The position numbers and the translations under genes were made by a program. 32,000 nucleotides of DNA from contig NZ_SCVC01000043.1 of NCBI RefSeq assembly GCF_004297405.1, forward strand, positions 1 through 32,000, read 5' to 3'. Under the pieces are notes generated by a model. It saw only the letters and a program-made list of their open reading frames with translations. It searched no databases and was not told where the DNA came from. The DNA is from Reyranella sp. Lineage in GTDB: Bacteria; Pseudomonadota; Alphaproteobacteria; Reyranellales; Reyranellaceae. This document shows, piece by piece, positions 25,850-32,000 of the stretch; the first letter of the stretch is position 1; each line of letters starts with the position of its first letter.

Positions 25850-26783
25850 GCCTGGAAACGCCGCCGTCCAGTCACTTTCTTGACCGAAGTGCCCAGCTGC
25901 AAGCGGAGCCGACGAAACCCTGTGCTGGTCAGTTTTAGGTCCCGCTGGGCGATATCAGCGCTGATCAGAGGCCGCGACAGCACCAGGTCGATGAGCGCCG
26001 GCAGACGCGAGTCAACATGCTTGGATTGCGCCACCTGACCGAGGACGTGGTGAGCCAGGCTGAGGCGCTTGAGCTCGGCCTGCCCGGCGACCGCGCCCAA
26101 GGTCATCCAGTCGAGAAAGCCGGCAATGCGCTGCTCTAGCGGCGCGCGATCGCCATAGCGATACCGGGATTTGCGCGCGCCGATGTCGAGCGCGAACTGA
26201 TGGTAGGGCGTCAGCCCCCTGCCCTCATCACGGCGGCGGCCATGATGGCGGAGCGCCAGGCGCCGGCGTGTAAAGGCTCGATCTGTAGCCAGGCGTCCCA
26301 CACAACGGCGGCCCTAAGCACGATTGGCAGAGCTGGGAGGCCCGCCAAGAGGTCACGCCAACGGTCAACACGCTCGTCCTCGTCCCACTCGGCATCACCG
26401 AGCGCGCGCAGCAGCTCGTCGCGGGGCAGTTTGATTCGGCCCTCGAACAGGGCGTCGTCGCTCCAGGCCCATGCCGGCGGATGCGCGGCCGCCGATCGGC
26501 GAGCCTGCAGAGCAATTCGGGCGCGGGTGAGCTCGATCGTTGATAGACGAATGGGCGAGCCCGCATCGATCAACACTAGGTCGTCTATCGGGACCAGCTC
26601 GCCGGCGATCGCGCGCAGCGCACAGGCCTCCTGGAAATCGCTTCGGGCGCGATACCCCTCCCCGACCCGGCCCAGGCGGGCTACCTGCTCGTCAAGCCGA
26701 ACGACCTCGAAGGCGGCCCTCTCGAGAGCCTGGCCGAGCGACGTGGTCGCCCTTTGTAAAGCCGGCTTGGAGTATTCGAACAT
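25834..26783 (-). pseudogene. DUF1612-like / C-terminal HTH protein (rhizobial plasmid-type), interrupted by a frameshift
   Basis: Two overlapping ORFs (26211-26783 and 25834-26301) join seamlessly (...AAVMRAGG|LTPYHQFALD...) if one G is added to the GGGGG run (plus-strand CCCCC at 26215-26219). The family assignment is from memory of DUF1612/HTH proteins found next to resolvases in Rhizobiales. Confidence 0.5.
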
Positions 26784-26910
26784 CGGAACGGATGGGAGGT
26801 GTCGGCCCTACTCAGCAGGCTTTCGACTCTGGCCAGCCTGACCACAGGCAATCTCGATCAGCCATTCGACCGCTGCCTGCTCGATATGTGCCATGACACT
26901 CTCCCTGGCC

Positions 26911-27345
26911 TCAATTAGGGTTCTTGGGGCTTTCCCATGGGTTAAGCAGGTTCACCCTAGTAGCGGCGAAGTTGCCGACATTGCGTGAGACGACAGTCAT
27001 GCCGTGGATCAAGCCGGTCGCCGCGATCAGCGCGTCCCGATCATTTTTTGGATCTGGAACGTGCAGGCGAGCGCATTGCTGGGCCACAGGGAGATCGATG
27101 GGCAGCATCCGGCCGTCAAACTCCGCAAGCACCTTGGCGTGAAGCCACCTGCGCAGGCTGGCTCCTTGAACCGGATCACGCCGCTCGGCCTGCAGGACGC
27201 CGAGCTCCAGCTCCTTCGCGGTGATCACTGAGATGTAGAGCGTGGATGGCTCGACCGAGGATGCCCAGGCCGCGACATTGGCGTCTGCCCTCCCCGCACG
27301 AGCTTTACGGAGCTCAGATACGACGTTGGTGTCCAGGATGAACAT
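26911..27345 (-). CDS. vapC: PIN-domain toxin, VapC/FitB type
   Basis: 144 aa. MFILDTNVVSELRK carries the N-terminal acidic residue of the PIN domain. Also ...DALIAATGLIHGMTVVSRNVGNF. It overlaps the antitoxin stop by 1 nt. Confidence 0.85.
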   Translation of the reverse strand: MFILDTNVVSELRKARAGRADANVAAWASSVEPSTLYISVITAKELELGVLQAERRDPVQGASLRRWLHAKVLAEFDGRMLPIDLPVAQQCARLHVPDPKNDRDALIAATGLIHGMTVVSRNVGNFAATRVNLLNPWESPKNPN

Positions 27346-27605
27346 CAGCTGAGATCGGCCGGCGTGATGGCGATGTTGCTCTGAGGCGGATCGAACTCTA
27401 CCTCGTCGTCCGAGGCGAGCGCGTCGATGAGGCTCCGACGCTGGCCGGCCAACCGCCGGTATTCCTCGATCGAGAGCAACACGTGGGCCGGGCGGCCGCG
27501 ATCAGTGATGAACACGGGCCCACTATCCGCGGCCTTCTTTGCCCGGCTCGTGTCCTGGTTAAATTCTCTACTAGTGAGGGTCGTGACGGTCATAGAAGCC
27601 TCCAC
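27345..27605 (-). CDS. Phd/YefM-family antitoxin
   Basis: VTTLTSREFNQDTSRAKKAADSGPVFITDRGRPAHVLLSIEEYRRL is a typical Phd/YefM N-terminal domain. The start may be at the internal ATG (27593). Confidence 0.8.
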   Translation of the reverse strand: MEASMTVTTLTSREFNQDTSRAKKAADSGPVFITDRGRPAHVLLSIEEYRRLAGQRRSLIDALASDDEVEFDPPQSNIAITPADLS

Positions 27606-28389
27606 GAGGACGATTGTGTCTACGTTTATACATATTTTGTGAAGACTTCAATACGGAAGTGACGATCAAACGGTCGGTTCGTCGGTCCCTGCTCCGTTGT
27701 TCACAGATCCTTTCAATGGCCTGCAGGGCCTGTCTTGGAGTTTGGGAGTCGCTGTCCTTATGGCCTTTCGGGTATGGGAAGGGCGACGGCCAATGGTGAC
27801 GAGCCACTCTGGCGATGGAGCACGTGTGCACTGTCGCGCAGGACATCGCGGGCATTTGGCCGCCACGGCCATCTTCCATTCCTCGTTCCAACATGCAAGC
27901 CAATGCAAAAGAGCTGAGCGGGAGTGCATTCGAGTTGTGATCTGGGAGCACAACGTCGGCGTCAACATCGAGAAAGCAGCGCACGGAGTTGGCGCCTTCT
28001 TCAGTTTTCGACGACGACTCGGCCCGCAGCGGGTGACTGTTTTAGCGGCGCCGTTCCTGCCGGCGGCACCAAAGAAAGAGGTGATCCCGCCAGTTCGAAT
28101 GACGTGTAACGGCCCCCTTATCGACGGCTGCGCTCACACGCCCCACAACGACTACCTCTCCCACTGGCTCACTGTAAGCTCCGCTTGGCCGGGGATCGTT
28201 GAAAGCGTTTGTGCAGCTTCGTCGTGGGGATTCCTAAAGCGCATGCAGCAGCTGATGCTGTCCGATCCGATCGCATGGCTCGCCGGGAGAATGGCTTATC
28301 TCGATTCTCATGCCCCACGCACCGCACCTCGGAAGCCGCCTAGTTCGACCGATCGTTGCCACCGTCCGCATGGCCGCGATGAGGGGTGT

Positions 28390-29265
28390 TTACCGTGACG
28401 ACGCTCCCTGTGGCAGAGAACACCGAACGTGTGGAACTCCGTCAATGATCAGGCGATTGTTGGACAGCCGGAACGTCTGCGTTTGCCGTTCACTACGATC
28501 ATTAAAGGCACCGCAGTTCAGGGTTACCCGGAGCTGAGCATCGGGAAGTGGCGTAATTCCGACAATGTCGCAGCCTTCTTCGAACCGAGTGATCTGTGTT
28601 TGCCCGATGCCAAGATAGGTTGGTGGAGGTGGGAACGATGACTTGGTCGAGCAGAATCTTGGATTGTGATCCTTCTGAGGAATCCACGTGCCTCGCATCT
28701 TGTCCCACTGAACCTGCGCCGAACTCGGTAACGCTCTGTTCGCAGGTGGGGGCGACTGAATGGCTGGCCGTTCCAGTAGATACTCGTAATCGACCATTTC
28801 GTTAATGTTGTGTCCGCCGAACAGTTGGGAGCGAGCCCCAGCAGGCACCCACCAGTACATGTTGGACGATGCGTTCCCGCACATCATCGAGAGTTGCACG
28901 ACCTGCTGCTCCAACGCGAGGATGCCAAGGCTAGCCAACCTCCTATGCTGGCTGGTTTCAGGATGAACGAGAGCCGTCTTGGGAATCGTGGTCCGTTCAA
29001 CATTCAACTTTGGACCACCCTGGCCGCAGCTTCCAGGGACCTGATAGAACTTGCCAATGCGTTGGAGGAGTTGGCGTCTCTGAGCGTTCGTTGGGACTTG
29101 ATATCCCGTTGCACCATTTCCGAAGCGCACGTCCTTGATAATCCACGATCCGGCAAGAGACTGTGGAAGGGGTTGCCCATAGGCTTGACTGCCAATCAGT
29201 AGCCCCGACAGCACACCTGCTAGACCTCTCACCCAGTGACGCCAGTGGTGCGCGATCCCAATCAT
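28390..29265 (-). CDS. Exported protein of unknown function
   Basis: The internal start gives MIGIAHHWRHWVRGLAGVLSGLLIGSQAYGQP, a signal peptide. The mature part is about 260 aa with several Cys and no recognised motif. Confidence 0.5.
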   Translation of the reverse strand: MIGIAHHWRHWVRGLAGVLSGLLIGSQAYGQPLPQSLAGSWIIKDVRFGNGATGYQVPTNAQRRQLLQRIGKFYQVPGSCGQGGPKLNVERTTIPKTALVHPETSQHRRLASLGILALEQQVVQLSMMCGNASSNMYWWVPAGARSQLFGGHNINEMVDYEYLLERPAIQSPPPANRALPSSAQVQWDKMRGTWIPQKDHNPRFCSTKSSFPPPPTYLGIGQTQITRFEEGCDIVGITPLPDAQLRVTLNCGAFNDRSERQTQTFRLSNNRLIIDGVPHVRCSLPQGASSR

Positions 29266-29299
29266 TGGGACCTCCAGACAATCCCAAGCGCGGGGGCGC

Positions 29300-29710
29300 T
29301 CATCTCTTCGCCTTACCCACAACTGCGAGGGGGCCTGGGGAAAGCTTGAATTCGGCTCGGCCGAAGCGAAAGACAGTGTCGATCCTCGCCGCCGTAAGTG
29401 ACCCTTCCAAGCGATACCGACCAGGATCCTGGGGCTGAAAACCGCTGCAATGGCTCAGAAAGGTGCCATCTGGACGGAGATCGACAGAGTCGCAACGTGG
29501 TAGCCCCGACATGCTGCTCTGCGCACTGATCGCAGTAATCTCAAATCTGAGACGACTACCTGTCTTAAATATCACGAGAGTGTACTGGCCCCCCTGCTCG
29601 CTGATGCTGGCAGCACTGAAAACCTCGGTCTGAGCTCGGGCTGGATGAATGCCGCTAGCGAAGAGCAGCAGTGACATCGCAAACAATCTCATAGAGGGCC
29701 GTCGTTTCAT
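29300..29710 (-). CDS. Small exported protein of unknown function
   Basis: The signal peptide is MKRRPSMRLFAMSLLLFASGIHPARAQ. 136 aa. Confidence 0.55.
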   Translation of the reverse strand: MKRRPSMRLFAMSLLLFASGIHPARAQTEVFSAASISEQGGQYTLVIFKTGSRLRFEITAISAQSSMSGLPRCDSVDLRPDGTFLSHCSGFQPQDPGRYRLEGSLTAARIDTVFRFGRAEFKLSPGPLAVVGKAKR

Positions 29711-29812
29711 TGTTTCTCCTAAGTTTGAAGCAGAACAGGTCGATGAGTCGCCGAATCTATTCTTTACTATAGCAAATGGTCAATTCTATGGCGACCACCA
29801 CCCTGCTGGGTC

Positions 29813-30070
29813 ATGGACATCAGGCTTACAGTGGGTCAAAACTTGCGGAGGATCCGGCTAGAGCGCGGCCTCAGCCAGGAAGCATTGGCTCACTACGCTC
29901 GCATAGCCCCAAGTTTTCTCAGTCAAATCGAGAACGGAACGCGTTCGGCAACGATCACAAAGCTGCACGACCTCGCAATGACACTTCGAATCCCTATTGC
30001 GGAGCTCTTTGTTGAAGGCAATGCACCCACTAAAGGGCTTCCTCGCGGTCGTCGCGTCGCCAAAGTTTAA
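29813..30070 (+). CDS. XRE-family (Cro/C1-type HTH) transcriptional regulator
   Basis: GQNLRRIRLERGLSQEALAHYARIAPSFLSQIENGTRSATITKLHDLAMTL is a canonical HTH_3 pattern. It is divergent from the two exported-protein genes. Confidence 0.8.
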   Translation: MDIRLTVGQNLRRIRLERGLSQEALAHYARIAPSFLSQIENGTRSATITKLHDLAMTLRIPIAELFVEGNAPTKGLPRGRRVAKV

Positions 30071-30086
30071 GTCCAATAGAGATGTC

Positions 30087-30111
30087 GCTCACCGCAATCT
30101 CACCGGTGAGC
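30087..30111. terminator. Hairpin between convergent genes (candidate bidirectional terminator)
   Basis: GCTCACCG-caatctcac-CGGTGAGC forms an 8-bp perfect stem. It lies 17 nt after the XRE stop and 26 nt from the stop of the 30137 gene. There is no strong U-tract. Confidence 0.35.
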
Positions 30112-30136
30112 TTGAGTTCATTCTGGTTCAGGGTGT

Positions 30137-31105
30137 TCAGTTCCTCTGACGGGTCAGGTTAAGAGGATTGCGAATCCGAGCCGAAATCGCCTCACTGATC
30201 TTGTTCTTCTGGGCAAGATCAGCTCTTAGGCGTTTGATCTCGGCTTCCATGGCCTCCTTACGTTCTTGGTTCGCACGCGCGTATGCAGCCACTTGCTCGT
30301 TCAGTTCGGCGTTCTGCTCCTTGAGGTCGGCGATCTCGTGCTCCATTCGATTCATCTGCTTGAGCCAAGGTGCGCCCTCAGCAACCGCGATCATCGCAGC
30401 TTCCTCCCGAGCGGGCTGCAGATGAGCTTGGCTCCGGAATTTAGCGATCTGGCGCTTTTGCCCCTCATTGGTCGCAAGAGCCTCGGCGAGCTTGATCCGT
30501 AGGACGGCCTCAGACGTTTCTTCCGGGATCGCCGCTACCTGTTGCTGGCCCTTCACCTTGTCGGCTGCCTTCTTCGAACGATAAGCCTGCTTGCGCTCCC
30601 GCTCCGCCTGCCTCCGGTTCTCGGCGAGACGTTCCACGTCGGGAAGGAAAACCTCTGGAGCCATGTAACCGATCAGGTCGAGGTCGATCCCGCGCTCTGC
30701 CGCAATCTTGACGACGGCCTCGTGTCGAAGCTGAGCCTGCATTGTCGTGCGGTGCATATGATGTACATCAGCGTACTGCACACGACCGGGCTTGCGGGCC
30801 TCGGTGTCCCACATCCACTGCGGCGGAGCACAGTCGAAGAACTTAACGAACTCGTCGTGGAGGTTCGCAACAGCGAAGAACCTGTCGGCCCAGATGTCGC
30901 GATGCCGGTCCTTGAACGAAATCCAAAGGGACTCCACCAGCTTCAGCAGGCCATTGCGATCCGTTCCATCGACTACTGTTCTCATTCGCGAGAGGACGCT
31001 GCCCTCTGCGGGGTCGGGCTTGAACGTCCTCACGGTTAGGTACCAGTTGATGAGGTCGTGATCCTCCTCGCGCTTCAGATGTATGAACTTGCCGACGATT
31101 TCCAT
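30137..31105 (-). CDS. Hypothetical protein with long C-terminal coiled coil
   Basis: Start at the internal ATG (31103-31105) with GGAGGA 6 nt upstream. The N-terminal 170 aa or so are globular (MEIVGKFIHLKREEDHDLINWYL...). The C-terminal half is Glu/Lys/Ala/Gln-rich and heptad-like (...EIADLKEQNAELNEQVAAYARANQERKEAMEAEIKRLRADLAQ). Confidence 0.6.
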   Translation of the reverse strand: MEIVGKFIHLKREEDHDLINWYLTVRTFKPDPAEGSVLSRMRTVVDGTDRNGLLKLVESLWISFKDRHRDIWADRFFAVANLHDEFVKFFDCAPPQWMWDTEARKPGRVQYADVHHMHRTTMQAQLRHEAVVKIAAERGIDLDLIGYMAPEVFLPDVERLAENRRQAERERKQAYRSKKAADKVKGQQQVAAIPEETSEAVLRIKLAEALATNEGQKRQIAKFRSQAHLQPAREEAAMIAVAEGAPWLKQMNRMEHEIADLKEQNAELNEQVAAYARANQERKEAMEAEIKRLRADLAQKNKISEAISARIRNPLNLTRQRN

Positions 31106-31394
31106 ATCGATCCTCCAAACGTAAAAGGGACTCCAGTCCACGCGTCGGCTAAACTTCCGGACTGGAGCCCCATTCGTGACGAGCTAGGCTCGCTTTGGAG
31201 AATCTCTGACTGATCGTGTTGCCGACGCGATCACCCTTATTTAGGGCTGGGAAGAGAAATCGATGCTCTATCGAAGCTGGGGCTATCGATGAGTCGGTTC
31301 AAGCCATCGACCAGATATTGTTTGGATCGTCGGTGTTGGCTGTTCTGGATGATCGCTCAGTCGCCTATTGGCTCCTTCGCTATATACACCAGAG

Positions 31395-31557
31395 ATGGGA
31401 CATCGGCGTCGCGTCCCATCATAGAAGACATACTAATAATTCTTCTTATCTCTATTACTTAACTAAGAATCATTACTAAGATTCTAATCAAGTTAATTAA
31501 CTAAGAGAAGAATAGAAGATTATATCTTCTATGATGGGACAGGCCGAATTGTCCCAT
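31395..31557. repeat. 163-bp palindromic element with AT-rich core
   Basis: A perfect 16-bp inverted repeat GTCCCATCATAGAAGA (31413-31428) / TCTTCTATGATGGGAC (31525-31540) extends imperfectly inward. Each arm is capped by its own hairpin: ATGGGAC-N11-GTCCCAT (31395-31419) and ATGGGAC-N10-GTCCCAT (31534-31557). The core is very AT-rich. It has three ACTAAG repeats (31462, 31475, 31500) and a TTAATTAA (31493-31500). Confidence 0.7.
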
Positions 31558-31776
31558 CGCTCATACAAATGGACGAGCCTGACAGGCGAGCGATCAGGCT
31601 TCGCCTCAGACGATCCCGTTCGGAACGAACAGACAGGCCCGCGAGGGTGAGCGGCCAATAGGACCACTGACCCAACGGCCAGACGCACCATTCTAACCGA
31701 CCACGCTCTTCCTCTCGATCGATCAGAAGCCGAAGCTGCAAATACGCGAGCGGTCCTTCGACGGTATTGCATTGGT

Positions 31777-32000
31777 CTACACGCGGCGCTCATTGTGCCT
31801 GGAGCTGATCTTAGAATGTGCTTGCCGGGTGTACTTCTCAGTGTTTGGCAGGACCTTCGAGAAAACGAGGGAGCCAGCTGCTTTAAGCGCGAGTTCGCCG
31901 ACCTGCTGGGCCGGCTCGAAAGTGGCCGCTGCTCTAGCGAGCTGCCAACGCATGGTCGCGATGGCTCGCTGGCAATCAAAGTCGAGCGTGCATTGCGTGC
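31777..32000 (-). CDS. Partial CDS (5' end outside window), hypothetical protein
   Basis: Hand translation gives ...TQCTLDFDCQRAIATMRWQLARAAATFEPAQQVGELALKAAGSLVFSKVLPNTEKYTRQAHSKISSRHNERRV, with the stop at the complement of 31777-31779. Its GC-rich third positions make it look more protein-like than the overlapping 160-aa track ORF. Confidence 0.4.
   Translation of the reverse strand, partial: TQCTLDFDCQRAIATMRWQLARAAATFEPAQQVGELALKAAGSLVFSKVLPNTEKYTRQAHSKISSRHNERRV

Noticed and set aside
27697-28398. 233-aa plus-strand ORF
   Set aside because: The composition is Cys/His/Trp/Arg-rich, with no motifs and poor coding look in the first half. It is kept only as part of the gene-poor-region finding.
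31493-31500. TTAATTAA (PacI site) inside the AT-rich core, considered as a possible cloning scar
   Set aside because: An 8-mer of this composition is expected within a stretch of about 100 nt of AT-rich DNA. Nothing vector-like surrounds it.
31216-31979. ORFs 31216-31479 (+) and 31497-31979 (-)
   Set aside because: Both run into the AT-rich palindrome and owe their ends to its symmetry. The 160-aa ORF is Arg/Ser-rich. A different minus-strand frame (31777-32000) looks more like real coding sequence.
1-32000. Searched by eye for CRISPR arrays, tRNA/rRNA genes, integrases/transposases and IS ends
   Set aside because: I found no regularly spaced direct repeats, no tRNA T-arm-like GGTTCGAAT motifs and no transposase- or tyrosine-integrase-like translations. 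Only the small serine recombinase at 24995-25849 was seen. A proper tRNAscan/Infernal/ISfinder run is still needed.

Overview
High-GC bacterial window. Gene content (Bug/TctC binding protein, DUF1612-like gene, Fec-type iron signalling) suggests an alphaproteobacterium of the Rhizobiales/Bradyrhizobium type; this is inference, not a search result. It has four blocks.
(1) 869-6461, minus strand: an iron-uptake cell-surface-signalling operon with ECF sigma (FecI-like), anti-sigma (FecR-like), a TonB-dependent transducer with an STN signalling domain, and a PepSY-TM protein.
(2) About 6.6-17.8 kb: an accessory region that looks lower in GC by eye.
- It opens with two decayed direct copies of the 3' end of an SMC/YhaN-like ATPase gene. 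These bracket two small exported proteins.
- A defence-type island follows. It holds a TM+Macro / TIR-like pair (type II Thoeris-like) and a leaderless DUF2235 hydrolase fused to LysM.
- Next is a tightly packed four-gene cassette: HTH protein, Abi_C/AbiJ-like HEPN protein, small unknown protein, and a TIR protein with an unassigned C-terminal domain. A perfect 21-bp palindrome sits 20 nt upstream of it.
- The island ends with a 545-aa zinc-ribbon protein carrying a candidate HEPN Rx4H motif.
(3) 18.07-24.82 kb, minus strand: an ordinary catabolic cluster with acyl-CoA dehydrogenase, two family III CoA-transferases, a TctC/Bug binding protein, an NAD-dependent epimerase/dehydratase and an IclR regulator.
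(4) 24.99-32.0 kb: mobile or plasmid-like remnants.
- These are a small serine recombinase, a frameshifted DUF1612-like gene, a Phd/YefM-VapC toxin-antitoxin pair, two exported unknowns, an XRE regulator and a coiled-coil protein.
- A 163-bp AT-rich palindromic element lies near the right edge.
I saw no rRNA, tRNA or CRISPR array.
The best candidate for a new system is the HTH / Abi_C-HEPN / small ORF / TIR cassette at 13002-15599. The orphan zinc-ribbon HEPN-like gene at 16125-17762 is second. All family assignments come from motifs read by eye and need profile or structure searches.
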